A stretch of 64,000 nucleotides of DNA from an uncultured Alphaproteobacteria bacterium (GTDB lineage Bacteria > Pseudomonadota > Alphaproteobacteria > UBA11222), in the NCBI GenBank assembly GCA_947085295.1, contig CAMTVX010000017.1:8850-72849 (forward strand). Reading direction: 5' to 3'. The notes beneath the pieces are model-generated. The model was not told the DNA's origin and searched no databases. It worked only from the letters and a program-made list of their open reading frames with translations. This document shows positions 1 through 9,071 of the stretch, in pieces (within the stretch, counting starts at the first letter, position 1; each line of letters begins with the position of its first letter). The position numbers were made by a program, and so were the translations under genes.

Positions 1-513
1 CCGCTTTCGCGTCAATGCCGGTGATTTTTTCCACAATGGGGCGGGTCAGTTTGTTGCTGGTCGAGGATCCCCAGTTCACCAGCGGCGCCAGGGGCCGCGC
101 CAGTGTACCGTTGCGGTCCATCTCGGCCAATTGTCCCGGTACAAAATCCGCATTGCCCGCTTTGAATTCAGCGGCGCGATAGCGCAGCATCAAATGCGGA
201 AAATCCAGATTAAATTCATGCGGCGGCACATAGGGGCACTTGGTCATAAAGCACATATCGCACAGTGTGCAGGCCTCAATAACCGGGGCAAAATCTTTGC
301 TGTCCACGCTATCCAGCTCGCCGGTGGGGCTTTCATCGACCAGATCAAACAGGCGCGGGAATGAATCGCACAGATTGAAGCAGCGGCGGCACCCATGACA
401 AATGTCAAACACCCGATGCAGTTCCGCATCGATCTTTTCCATGTCGTAGAAATCGGGATTATTCCAGTCCAGCGCGTGACGGGTGGGCGCTTCGGTGCTG
501 CCTTCTTTCATCA
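1..513 (-). CDS. Cysteine-rich Fe-S cluster-binding protein (GlpC/heterodisulfide-reductase-like), N-terminal part; 3' end runs off the left window edge
   Basis: The reverse-strand translation begins MKEGSTEAPTRHALDW. It carries CxxCxxC-type clusters (CHGCRRCFNLC and CTLCDMCFMTKCPY) typical of 4Fe-4S / CCG-domain proteins. A caggag RBS precedes the ATG at 513. The reading frame stays open to position 1. Confidence 0.5.
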
Positions 514-518
514 GAAAA

Positions 519-650
519 CTCCTGTGGGTCACCACCCCACCCCAACCCCTCCCCATCAAGGGGAGGGGCTTTCCCGCAGAATTCTGGGACAGTTCCCCTC
601 CCCCTTGTGGGGAGGGGCTAGGGGTGGGGGGCTAAGATAAACAATTTATC
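519..650. repeat. GC-rich nested palindrome of about 130 bp; arms ccccaacccctccccatcaaggggagggg and cccctcccccttgtggggagggg, centre gcagaattctgc
   Basis: Read directly. The left arm is caccccaccccaacccctccccatcaaggggaggggc. The right arm is cccctcccccttgtggggaggggctaggggtgggggg, an imperfect reverse complement of the left arm. Each arm contains its own hairpin (ccctcccc..ggggaggg). The centre is the perfect palindrome cagaattctg. The element lies between two co-directional minus-strand genes. Confidence 0.6.
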
Positions 651-665
651 TGAACGCCATCAGTC

Positions 666-1088
666 TCAGCTATCCAGCGTGGTCAGCGCCTTGGTGAAAC
701 GTCCGGCATGGGACTTCTCGGCTTTGGCAAGGGTTTCGAACCAGTCAGCGATTTCGGCAAAGCCTTCGTCGCGGGCGGTACGCGCCATGCCCGGATACAT
801 ATCCGTATATTCATGGGTTTCGCCGGCAACCGAGGCTTTCAGATTGTTGCTGGTGGAGCCGATGGGCAGGCCGGTGGCCGGATCGCCAACCGTTTCCATG
901 AATTCCAGATGGCCGTGGGCATGCCCGGTTTCGCCTTCGGCGGTGGAACGGAACACCGCCGCCACGTCGTTATAGCCTTCTACGTCAGCCTTTTGCGCGA
1001 AATACAGATAGCGGCGATTGGCCTGGCTTTCACCGGCGAATGCGGCCTTCAGATTTTCGAGGGTTTTGCTTGTTCCCAGTGCTGCCAT
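666..1088 (-). CDS. rbr: Rubrerythrin-family (ferritin-like di-iron) protein
   Basis: Translation is [39 protein letters not shown]...[12 protein letters not shown]...[13 protein letters not shown], about 140 aa. The paired E..H di-iron motifs of rubrerythrin/ferritin-like proteins are present. An aaggag RBS precedes the ATG at 1088. The ORF-track start at 1163 adds 25 aa with no RBS. Confidence 0.85.
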   Translation of the reverse strand: MAALGTSKTLENLKAAFAGESQANRRYLYFAQKADVEGYNDVAAVFRSTAEGETGHAHGHLEFMETVGDPATGLPIGSTSNNLKASVAGETHEYTDMYPGMARTARDEGFAEIADWFETLAKAEKSHAGRFTKALTTLDS

Positions 1089-1200
1089 TTGTCTTGCTCC
1101 TTGGCTTGGATGATGCCCGTTTTGGGCTGAATTACGCGATTTGGGCCATTGCCCGTTTACCATAGTGAGTATATAGCGGCACTTTGTGCAACGTCAATAG

Positions 1201-1220
1201 TTTAGAATCATTTTAATTTA
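1201..1220. promoter_or_regulatory. Candidate Irr/PerR-type operator (ICE-like box TTTAGAA-N3-TTTTAAT) in the rubrerythrin promoter region
   Basis: The sequence tttagaatcattttaattta sits 113 bp upstream of the rbr ATG on the minus strand. It resembles the iron-control-element half-site TTTAGAA and the AT-rich PerR/Fur box. It is immediately downstream of the adjacent Fur-family gene. Confidence 0.25.
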
Positions 1221-1243
1221 AGAAAATAGGATGACGGGCAGGT

Positions 1244-1672
1244 TCAGTCTTGCCGCGACAGCCGGATAATGACGTCCACACGGGAAATTTTGGCCCCTTC
1301 CGGCACCGCTGGAAGCCCACGAATATCCACATTCGCGCCGTCAATATCGACCAGCCCGCCGCGATCCTCGAAAAAGAAGTGATGGTGGTCGGTGACATTT
1401 GTGTCGAAATAGGTGCGGGCGGAATCCACCACCACCTCGCGCAGCAAACCGGCGGAAGTGAACTGATGCAGCGTATTATACACGGTTGCCAGCGAAACCT
1501 GCACCCCCGTGGCCTGGGCCTGTTCATACAGCAGTTCTGCGGTGACATGATGATCGCCGGGTTCAAACAGCAGCCGCGCCAGCGCCATACGCTGACGCGT
1601 CGGGCGCAGCTTCACAGCGCGCAGTCTGGCCAGCGCGTCAGTAAAATGCGGGGAATGTGTGTGCGTTTCCAT
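1244..1672 (-). CDS. irr: Fur-family transcriptional regulator, Irr-like (HHH motif)
   Basis: METHTHSPHFTDALARLRAVKLRPTRQRMALARLLFEPGDHHVTAELLYEQAQATG...TVYNTLHQF is a Fur-family winged helix. The VTDHHHFFFED triple-His resembles the Irr heme-binding HHH motif. At 142 aa it has Fur size. The ORF-track start at 1765 is an unlikely 31-aa extension. Confidence 0.75.
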   Translation of the reverse strand: METHTHSPHFTDALARLRAVKLRPTRQRMALARLLFEPGDHHVTAELLYEQAQATGVQVSLATVYNTLHQFTSAGLLREVVVDSARTYFDTNVTDHHHFFFEDRGGLVDIDGANVDIRGLPAVPEGAKISRVDVIIRLSRQD

Positions 1673-1791
1673 GCCCCAACAATATCGGTACCCGAAAGGC
1701 ATTTGTCCACATATATCAGGGGCCAATGTGCTAAATTGCTGATTATCGAGTCTGTGAGCGCACAACAGGTCATGAGATTAAAATACATCCT

Positions 1792-3471
1792 ATGAAACCC
1801 ACATGGCATTTGTTTGTGCCAAAGCTGATTACTGTCCTGCGCGAAGGCTATCGGGCGCGGGATTTTCGTGATGACGCTATCGCCGGATTGACCGTAGCGA
1901 TTGTCGCATTACCCCTGGCCATGGCGCTGGCAATTGCCTCCGGCACCACGCCGGACAAAGGCCTGGTAACAGCGGTTGTCGCCGGATTTATTATCTCGGC
2001 GCTGGGCGGCAGCCGGTTTCAGATTGGCGGGCCGACCGGCGCATTCGTGGTTGTGGTCTTCAATGTCATTCATGCGCATGGCTATGACGGGCTGGTGCTG
2101 GCCACCCTGATGGCGGGGGCAATGTTGCTGGTGGCGGGGCTGGCGCGGTTTGGCGACTGGATCAAATATATCCCCGATCCGGTGGTGACGGGTTTTACAT
2201 CCGGCATTGCGGTGATTATTTTTTCCAGCCAGATCGGAGATCTTTTCGGGCTTTCGCTGACCAGCGTTCCGGCCGATTTTATCGCCAAATGGACGGCGTT
2301 CTGGCAGGCGCGCGACAGTTTCAGCCCGTGGGCTTTGGGCGTTGCGTTTGGGGCGCTTGGCGTGATTATTGTGTTGCGACGGCTGGCCCCCAAACAGCCC
2401 GGATTTCTGATCGCCGTTATTGCGGCCTCGCTTCTGGTTTATGTTCTGAATATCCAGGTTGATACGATCGGCTCGCGCTTTGGTGGCATCCCCGACAGCT
2501 TGCCTTTGCCGCAGTGGCCGGAAATCACCTTCACGCGATTGCAGGAATTACTGCCCAGCGCCTTCACCATTGCGTTTTTGGCAGGCGTTGAAAGCCTGTT
2601 GTCGGCGATGGTGGCCGATGGCATGACGGGTCGGCGGCATCGCTCGAATTGCGAACTTGTGGCGCAGGGGACGGCCAATATTGCCTCAGCGCTGTTTGGC
2701 GGCATGCCCGCAACCGGGGCCATTGCGCGCACCGCCACCAATATCCGTTCCGGCGCGCGCTCGCCCGTTGCCGGAATGCTGCATGCGCTGTTTATCCTGC
2801 TGTTTATCCTGCTGCTGTCGCCGCTGGCATCCTTCATTCCAATGGCCTCGCTGGCGGCCATTCTGGTGGTTGTCGCCTGGAATATGAGTGAGGTGGACAA
2901 ATTCCGCAATCTGCTGCGCGCGCCGCGTGGCGACATGGTGGTGTTGTTGTTGACCTTTGGGCTTACTGTGCTGGTTGACCTGACGGTGGCCATCGAGGTC
3001 GGCGTTGTGCTGGCGGCGATTTTATTCATGCACCGCATGTCGCAGGTGCAAACTGCTGAGTTTGGCGCTGCGCTGTGGCAGCATGATGAAGATGATTTCA
3101 CGCGTTTGCCGAATGGCGGTTATGCCCAGCGTGATGCGCTGCCTGCGGGGGTTGAAGTGTTCCGGCTGAATGGCCCCCTGTTTTTTGGCAATGCCGCGCG
3201 GCTGGGGGATATTCTGGATGCGATGATCGGCCCCTGGCCGGGCGCATTGATCCTGCGAATGCGCGATGTGCCGATGGTTGATGCAACCGGGGTAGGTGCT
3301 TTGGGTGAGTTTCTGCGCCGTTGTCAGGTGCACGGCACAAAGGTTATTGTCACTGGTATTCAGCCGCAACCGCGTCAGGCACTGAATCAGATGGGCTATG
3401 GGGCCGGTGCATCCGCATTACAGTTTTGCGATGATTTTCAGGCAGCTCTTGCGCTGGCGCAGAAAGCGTAA
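1792..3471 (+). CDS. SulP-family anion (sulfate/bicarbonate) permease with C-terminal STAS domain
   Basis: 559 aa with multiple hydrophobic helices. The N-terminal TVAIVALPLAMALAIASG segment is SulP-like. The C-terminal segment (VEVFRLNGPLFFGNAARL...MRDVPMVDATGVGAL) is STAS-like. Confidence 0.85.
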   Translation: MKPTWHLFVPKLITVLREGYRARDFRDDAIAGLTVAIVALPLAMALAIASGTTPDKGLVTAVVAGFIISALGGSRFQIGGPTGAFVVVVFNVIHAHGYDGLVLATLMAGAMLLVAGLARFGDWIKYIPDPVVTGFTSGIAVIIFSSQIGDLFGLSLTSVPADFIAKWTAFWQARDSFSPWALGVAFGALGVIIVLRRLAPKQPGFLIAVIAASLLVYVLNIQVDTIGSRFGGIPDSLPLPQWPEITFTRLQELLPSAFTIAFLAGVESLLSAMVADGMTGRRHRSNCELVAQGTANIASALFGGMPATGAIARTATNIRSGARSPVAGMLHALFILLFILLLSPLASFIPMASLAAILVVVAWNMSEVDKFRNLLRAPRGDMVVLLLTFGLTVLVDLTVAIEVGVVLAAILFMHRMSQVQTAEFGAALWQHDEDDFTRLPNGGYAQRDALPAGVEVFRLNGPLFFGNAARLGDILDAMIGPWPGALILRMRDVPMVDATGVGALGEFLRRCQVHGTKVIVTGIQPQPRQALNQMGYGAGASALQFCDDFQAALALAQKA

Positions 3472-3555
3472 TTTTGCGTAAACCGCTTGTCGCGGATTGT
3501 TACGATATGTTACGCCAGATCACGCAAACTGGATTCCGTGCTGAAGGTATGATCA

Positions 3556-4077
3556 ATGCCGAATAAACCGGCTAAACTGGACTATGAAGACCTGCTGCGC
3601 TGCGGCCATGGGCAGATGTTCGGCCCCGGAAATGCGCAGTTGCCGCTGCCGCCGATGCTGATGTTTGACCGCATTACCCGGATTTCCGATACCGGCGGCG
3701 CGCATGGCAAGGGCGAAGTGGTGGCAGAACTGGATATTCGTCCGGATTTGTGGTTCTTTGCCTGTCATTTTGAGGGCGATCCGGTGATGCCGGGCTGTCT
3801 GGGGCTGGACGCGCTATGGCAGTTAACCGGGTTTTTCCTCGGTTGGCTGGGCGCACAGGGGCGCGGACGGGCGTTAGGAGTTGGCGAGGTGAAGCTTGTT
3901 GGCATGGTGGAACCCAAACACAAACTGCTAACCTACCGGCTGGATCTGAAGCGGGTGATTAACCGCAGACTGGTCATGGGGGTTGCCGATGGCAGCATCA
4001 GCGTGGACGGCAATGAGACCTGCCGCGTCGAAGATTTGAAAGTAGGCCTGTTCAAGGCTGGCGAAGCGCCGCAATAG
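3556..4077 (+). CDS. fabA: 3-hydroxydecanoyl-ACP dehydratase/isomerase
   Basis: 173 aa. The active-site region [24 protein letters not shown] is the FabA hotdog His/Asp motif. The gene is followed by fabB. Confidence 0.9.
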   Translation: MPNKPAKLDYEDLLRCGHGQMFGPGNAQLPLPPMLMFDRITRISDTGGAHGKGEVVAELDIRPDLWFFACHFEGDPVMPGCLGLDALWQLTGFFLGWLGAQGRGRALGVGEVKLVGMVEPKHKLLTYRLDLKRVINRRLVMGVADGSISVDGNETCRVEDLKVGLFKAGEAPQ

Positions 4078-4094
4078 CAGAAGGAGAGAGCGTC

Positions 4095-5309
4095 ATGAGA
4101 CGTGTCGTTGTGACTGGCATGGGCATCGTATCCAGTATTGGCAATGACAGTCAGCAGGTGCTGGCCAGTCTGCGCGAAGGCCGTTCGGGCATCGAATTTG
4201 TCGATACCTATCGCGATATGGGCTTTCGCAGTCATGTGGCGGGGACGCTGAAAATTGATCTGGAAGAAGTGGTGGACCGCAAGCTGAAACGCTTTATGGG
4301 CGATGCGGCGGCCTATGCCTATATTTCGATGGATCAGGCGATCCGTGATGCGGGCCTCACGCCCGCAGAAGTTTCGCATGAGCGCACCGGAATTATTGTC
4401 GGCTCCGGCGGCCCATCGACGCATAATATTCTGCTGGCCTGCGACACGGCGCGCGACAAGGGTCCGAAAAAAGTTGGCCCGTTCATGGTGCCGCGCAATA
4501 TGTCGAGCAGCACCTCGGCCAATCTGGCCACGGCGTTTCATATCAAGGGGCTGAACTACACCATCTCGTCGGCCTGTTCGACCAGCGCGCATTGCATCGG
4601 CGCTGCCGCCGAACAGATTCAATATGGCAAGCAGGACGTGATGTTTGCAGGCGGTGGCGAAGAACTGGACTGGACATTGACCGTGCTGTTTGACGCGATG
4701 GGCGCGCTGTCCAGCAAATATAATGACACGCCGACGAAAGCTTCGCGCGCCTATGACGCCAACCGCGACGGGTTTGTGATTTCGGGCGGCGGCGGCTGTC
4801 TGGTGCTTGAAGAACTGGAGCACGCCAAGGCGCGCGGCGCAAAAATTTACGGCGAACTAACCGGCTATGGCGCCACGTCCGATGGCATCGACATGGTGCA
4901 GCCGTCCGGCGAAGGTGCGGTGCGCTGCATGCGCATGGCGATGGCGGGGCTTAAGGGGCCGGTGGATTATATCAATGCGCATGGCACCTCGACGCCGATT
5001 GGCGACACCAAGGAACTTGAAGCCATCCGCACCGTTTTCGGCGATAAAATTCCGCCGATCAATTCCACGAAATCCCTGACCGGACACAGCCAGGGCGCAA
5101 CCGGCGTGCATGAGGCGATCTATTCGCTGCTGATGCTGAACAATCAGTTTGTCTGCGTCTCCGCCAATATCGAAGACCTCGACCCCGAAGCTGCGGGCAT
5201 GCCGATCGTCCGGGAACGGATTGACAATGCCAAACTGAACACAGTGTTATCGAACAGCTTTGGTTTTGGCGGCACCAACGCCTGCCTGGCCTTTTCAAGG
5301 CTTGCCTAA
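4095..5309 (+). CDS. fabB: Beta-ketoacyl-ACP synthase I
   Basis: 404 aa. The active-site Cys lies in [15 protein letters not shown]. The C-terminal [14 protein letters not shown] is characteristic of KAS I/II. Operon position is after fabA. Confidence 0.9.
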   Translation: MRRVVVTGMGIVSSIGNDSQQVLASLREGRSGIEFVDTYRDMGFRSHVAGTLKIDLEEVVDRKLKRFMGDAAAYAYISMDQAIRDAGLTPAEVSHERTGIIVGSGGPSTHNILLACDTARDKGPKKVGPFMVPRNMSSSTSANLATAFHIKGLNYTISSACSTSAHCIGAAAEQIQYGKQDVMFAGGGEELDWTLTVLFDAMGALSSKYNDTPTKASRAYDANRDGFVISGGGGCLVLEELEHAKARGAKIYGELTGYGATSDGIDMVQPSGEGAVRCMRMAMAGLKGPVDYINAHGTSTPIGDTKELEAIRTVFGDKIPPINSTKSLTGHSQGATGVHEAIYSLLMLNNQFVCVSANIEDLDPEAAGMPIVRERIDNAKLNTVLSNSFGFGGTNACLAFSRLA

Positions 5310-5339
5310 AATAATGAACAATCAGAAAAGGATCGGCGC

Positions 5340-6158
5340 ATGACCGGCACGGGCAAACTGATGGCGGGCAAACGCGGTCTGGTGATGGGCATCGCCAATG
5401 ATCATTCCATCGCCTGGGGCATTGCCAAAATGCTGGGCGAACACGGCGCGGAAATGGCGTTCACCTATCAGAATGAAGCGTTTGGAAAACGCCTGCAACC
5501 GCTGGCCGATTCGGTTGGCTCCAGCCTGATGGTTCCGTGCGACGTGTCGGACCGTGACAGTCTGGACAAGGTTTTCGCCATGCTGCAAACCGTCTGGGGG
5601 CAGATTGATTTTATCGTGCATGCGCTGGCCTATTCCGACAAGGAAGAACTCAAGGGCCGGTTCCTCGATACGACGCGCGAAAATTTTCTGAACACCATGG
5701 ATATTTCGTGTTTTTCGCTGAACGAGGTGGCGCGCCGCGCCGCGCCGCTGATGAAAAACGGCGGATCGATTATCACACTGACCTATATGGGTTCGGTCAA
5801 AGTCATGCCGGATTACAATGTCATGGGCGTCGCCAAGGCGGCGCTGGAGGCCAGTGTACGCTATCTGGCCGCTGATCTGGGGCCGCAGGGCATCCGGGTG
5901 AATGCAATTTCCGCAGGACCAATGCGCACATTGGCCGGATCCGCCATTGGTTCGGCGCGCTATGTGTATCGCACCTCGCGCGAACATGCGCCGCTGCGCA
6001 TGAATGTCGATCTGGAACATCTGGGCGGCGCGGGGCTGTATCTGCTCAGCGATCTGTCGGCGGGCGTCACCGGCGAAATCCATTATGTCGATGCGGGCTA
6101 TAATATTATCGGCATGGCGCACCCCGATATGCTGAATGGTTCGTCTACGGAAGATTAA
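5340..6158 (+). CDS. fabI: Enoyl-ACP reductase (NADH), FabI
   Basis: 272 aa. It has the GKRGLVMGIANDHSIAWGIAK NAD-binding segment, the FabI-type Y-x6-K (MGVAKAALEASVRYLA) motif, and fabAB synteny. Confidence 0.85.
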   Translation: MTGTGKLMAGKRGLVMGIANDHSIAWGIAKMLGEHGAEMAFTYQNEAFGKRLQPLADSVGSSLMVPCDVSDRDSLDKVFAMLQTVWGQIDFIVHALAYSDKEELKGRFLDTTRENFLNTMDISCFSLNEVARRAAPLMKNGGSIITLTYMGSVKVMPDYNVMGVAKAALEASVRYLAADLGPQGIRVNAISAGPMRTLAGSAIGSARYVYRTSREHAPLRMNVDLEHLGGAGLYLLSDLSAGVTGEIHYVDAGYNIIGMAHPDMLNGSSTED

Positions 6159-6245
6159 TGTAACTTTCTCCGTCATTGCTGTATAGGTCACGTAATTCGC
6201 TGACAAAAAACCTGGGTTAAGTAAAGGTTCGAAGACTTAAAAAAG

Positions 6246-6336
6246 ATTGTCACCCCGGATTTATTCCGGGGTCCAGGGGCCACAAGCGAAGGCCTGAGTT
6301 TGGAACCCTGGACCCCGCAACAAGTGCGGGGTGACA
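6246..6336. repeat. MITE-like nested-palindrome element, copy A (family with copies at 55.3 kb and 58.1 kb); its distal hairpin plus T-run may terminate the fab operon
   Basis: Structure: tgtc-[accccgga..tccggggt]-ccaggggccacaagcgaaggcctgagtttggaaccctgg-[accccgca..tgcggggt]-gaca, followed by gcgttttttt. The core cgaaggcctg.gtttg..cctgga is shared with the other copies. Confidence 0.65.
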
Positions 6337-6422
6337 GCGTTTTTTTGTCCGATATCGCCACAATATTGTCAGCGAAATATCTAGCTTCTACAGCAATGAC
6401 ACAGCTCATTCAGGAAAACCAC

Positions 6423-7367
6423 ATGCCCACACATCATTCGCGTTTATTGATTATCGGCTCCGGTCCCGCTGGCTATACCGCCGCCATTTACGGCGCGCGC
6501 GCCATGCTGGAACCCATACTGGTGACGGGCCTTGATCAGGGCGGGCAATTGACCATCACCACAGATGTGGAAAATTACCCCGGCTTTGCTGAAACCATTC
6601 AGGGGCCGTGGCTGATGGAACAGATGCGCGATCAGGCGGCGCATGTCGGCGCAAGACTGATGAATGATTACATTACCAAAGTGGATTTTTCGTCGCGCCC
6701 GTTTACGTGCACGGGCGATAGCGGCGACACCTACACCGCCGACGCGGTTATTGTGGCGACCGGCGCGCAGGCGCGCTGGCTGGGCCTGCCGACCGAAGAA
6801 CGCTTCAAGGGATTCGGGGTTTCCGCCTGCGCCACCTGTGACGGTTTTTTCTATCGTGGCAAGGAAGTGCTGGTGATAGGCGGCGGCAATACGGCCGTGG
6901 AAGAAGCCCTGTTCCTGACCAATTTCGCCAGCAAGGTGACGCTGGTACACCGGCGCGATACGCTGCGCTCGGAAAAAATTCTGCAAAACCGCCTGTTCGC
7001 CAATCCAAAGGTCAGCTTCATCTGGGATAGCGAGATTGATGAAGTGCTTGGCACGCAAAATCCACCCGGTGTAACCGGCGTACGGTTACGCAATGTCAAA
7101 ACCCGGGCAACCCAGGAAGTACCGGCACATGGTGTGTTCATCGCCATCGGCCACAGCCCGTCCACGGCGATCTTCAAAGGCGTATTGCCGATGGACAAGG
7201 ACGGCTATCTGCTAAAGCGGCCCGATTCTACCGCCACCGAAATCCCCGGCGTATTTGCTGCGGGCGACGTCACCGACAAAATCTTCCGCCAGGCCGTCAC
7301 CGCCGCCGGTCTCGGCTGCATGGCCGCCCTCGAAGCCGAAAAATTCCTCGCCGGTCATGAAATCTGA
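6423..7367 (+). CDS. trxB: Thioredoxin-disulfide reductase
   Basis: LLIIGSGPAGYTAAIYGARA is the FAD GxGxxG motif. The redox CATCDGF motif (CxxC), a second NAD(P) site GGGNTAVEEA and the C-terminal AAGDV are all present. The start at 6423 has an aggaaa RBS. The upstream in-frame ATGs at 6300 and 6396 read through the repeat element. Confidence 0.85.
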   Translation: MPTHHSRLLIIGSGPAGYTAAIYGARAMLEPILVTGLDQGGQLTITTDVENYPGFAETIQGPWLMEQMRDQAAHVGARLMNDYITKVDFSSRPFTCTGDSGDTYTADAVIVATGAQARWLGLPTEERFKGFGVSACATCDGFFYRGKEVLVIGGGNTAVEEALFLTNFASKVTLVHRRDTLRSEKILQNRLFANPKVSFIWDSEIDEVLGTQNPPGVTGVRLRNVKTRATQEVPAHGVFIAIGHSPSTAIFKGVLPMDKDGYLLKRPDSTATEIPGVFAAGDVTDKIFRQAVTAAGLGCMAALEAEKFLAGHEI

Positions 7368-7375
7368 CAGCCCCT

Positions 7376-7400
7376 TAATTGGGGACAGTATATAGTTAAT
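7376..7400. repeat. REP (repetitive extragenic palindrome) unit upstream of the RAYT, core gggacagtatatagtt
   Basis: ttaattggggacagtatatagttaatt matches the reverse complement of the units in the 18.1 kb REP cluster and the unit downstream of the RAYT. Confidence 0.7.
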
Positions 7401-7434
7401 TTGACAAAATTCGCTGCGGGTCTATAAGGACAGC

Positions 7435-8103
7435 ATGGCACGTCACTCCCGTTTGGTAGTACCCGGCATCCCGCATCATGTGACGCAGCGGGGCAATCGG
7501 CGCTTGCCGGTGTTCTTTGCCGAGGGTGACTATCAGGCCTATAAGGCGCTGCTGGCCAAGAGCTGCGCCAAAGCAGGCACCCAGGTCTGGGCCTATTGCC
7601 TGATGCCCAATCACGTACATCTGATCCTGATCCCGTCGCATGAAGACGGGCTGCGCGCGGCGCTAGGCGAAACCCACCGGCGCTACACCAGCCATGTCAA
7701 CGCGCGTGAAGGCTGGCGCGGCCATCTATGGCAGAGCCGGTTTGCGTCGTTTCCGATGGATGAGAGATGGTTGCTGGCCTGTGCGCGCTACGTCGAACTG
7801 AACCCGGTGCGCGCCGGCCTGGTGCGGCGCCCGGAGGATTGGGCCTGGTCAAGCGCTGCGGCGCATCTCACGGGAACCAGCGATGATCTGGTGCGCGTTG
7901 CTCCGCTGCTGGAAAGGGTCGGCGATTGGGCGACGTTCCTAGGCGGCGGCGCGTCAGATGAGGATAGTGTCAAGGACATCCGGGCCCACGAACGTTCTGG
8001 CAATGCGCTCGGCAGCGCGGGGTTTCTGGACCAGCTCAAGGCGCGCCTCGGCAAGGATGTAACGCCGCGAAGACCCGGTCGTCCGGTGCGGACAAAAGGT
8101 TAA
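7435..8103 (+). CDS. REP-associated tyrosine transposase (RAYT; IS200/IS605-like Y1 HUH transposase)
   Basis: 222 aa. The HUH motif is in CLMPNHVHLILIP. The conserved VTQRGNRRLPVFFAEGDY N-terminus and the catalytic Tyr region RYVELNPVRAGLV are present. The gene is flanked on both sides by inverted REP copies. Confidence 0.8.
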   Translation: MARHSRLVVPGIPHHVTQRGNRRLPVFFAEGDYQAYKALLAKSCAKAGTQVWAYCLMPNHVHLILIPSHEDGLRAALGETHRRYTSHVNAREGWRGHLWQSRFASFPMDERWLLACARYVELNPVRAGLVRRPEDWAWSSAAAHLTGTSDDLVRVAPLLERVGDWATFLGGGASDEDSVKDIRAHERSGNALGSAGFLDQLKARLGKDVTPRRPGRPVRTKG

Positions 8104-8138
8104 AACCATATACTGTCCCTGATTAAGTCCCTGATTAA
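8103..8138. repeat. REP unit (inverted relative to the 7376 copy) plus partial duplicate, downstream of the RAYT
   Basis: aaaccatatactgtccctgattaa followed by gtccctgattaa. This is the reverse complement of the gggacagtatatggttt core. Confidence 0.7.
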
Positions 8139-8181
8139 GCCAGGCTTTGCTGCGGCGTCCGGACGATGCTATACTCAATTG

Positions 8182-8988
8182 ATGAATGTGGGGGAACCAG
8201 AAACACGCGATCAGGTGCTGGCGCTTTTGCGCTGGCAGGCGGAGGCTGGCGCGGACGAGGCCATCGGCCTGCATCCCGTTGACCGCTTCAGCGTCAGCGC
8301 AGAAATAGAGGCGCTGCCCACACGCAAAATGGCCCCTGGGCCCTATGCCACGGTGTATGCCCCGCCCGCGATGACCCAGGCAACATCCGCGTCATCGCGC
8401 GAAATCGCCGCTGCCTGTCACGATCTGGCAGCTTTGCGTCACGCAATGGAAAATTTCCAGGGCTGCGCGCTGAAAACGACCGCCAAGCATACCGTGTTCG
8501 CTGATGGCAATCCTGATGCCCGCATCATGTTGGTGGGCGAGGCGCCGGGGCGCGACGAAGATCTGCAGGGCCTGCCCTTTGTCGGGCGCAGCGGGCAATT
8601 GCTGGATCGCATGCTGGCCGCCATCAATCTGGATCGCAGCCAGGTGTATATTTCCAACATCCTGCCCTGGCGTCCGCCCGGTAATCGCACGCCCACCAGT
8701 GCCGAGATTGCGATGTGCCTGCCGTTTATCGCGCGTCATATTGAACTGGCATCGCCGGATTTGCTGCTGCTGTTGGGCGGCATCAGCGTCAAGGCGCTGT
8801 TCGATACCAGCGAAGGCATCATGCGGCTGCGCGGCCACTGGAAGTCATATCACGCGGGCAAAAAAATAATCCCCGCTTTGGCTACTTACCATCCGGCCTT
8901 TTTACTGCGCCAGCCCGGACAAAAAAAACAGGCATGGCAGGATTTAATCGCTTTGCGTGTACACCTGGATTCATTGCCCGTTAACTAA
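8182..8988 (+). CDS. Uracil-DNA glycosylase, family 4 type, with an N-terminal extension of about 90 aa
   Basis: The motif A region is [27 protein letters not shown]. The motif B region is HPAFLLR. The extra N-terminal domain makes it 268 aa. A TTG at 8179 is an alternative start. Confidence 0.75.
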   Translation: MNVGEPETRDQVLALLRWQAEAGADEAIGLHPVDRFSVSAEIEALPTRKMAPGPYATVYAPPAMTQATSASSREIAAACHDLAALRHAMENFQGCALKTTAKHTVFADGNPDARIMLVGEAPGRDEDLQGLPFVGRSGQLLDRMLAAINLDRSQVYISNILPWRPPGNRTPTSAEIAMCLPFIARHIELASPDLLLLLGGISVKALFDTSEGIMRLRGHWKSYHAGKKIIPALATYHPAFLLRQPGQKKQAWQDLIALRVHLDSLPVN

Positions 8989-9071
8989 TATCGGATTTAG
9001 TAAGCAGAATTCGAAACTTGTATCCCAAGGCACTTCCGGGTTACTGTTAACCAACAACAAAAGGGGTTGGG

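Noticed and set aside
2439-3101. 220-aa minus-strand ORF inside the SulP gene
   Set aside because: Antisense to a well-supported transporter gene. Ser/Ala/Arg-rich low-complexity translation typical of high-GC antisense frames. No RBS.
3933-4823. 296-aa minus-strand ORF across fabA and fabB
   Set aside because: Antisense to two strongly supported fab genes. Arg-rich and Ala-rich composition with no motif.
5322-6206. 294-aa minus-strand ORF antisense to fabI
   Set aside because: Shadow ORF of a high-GC gene. fabI has clear NAD and YxxxK motifs on the plus strand.
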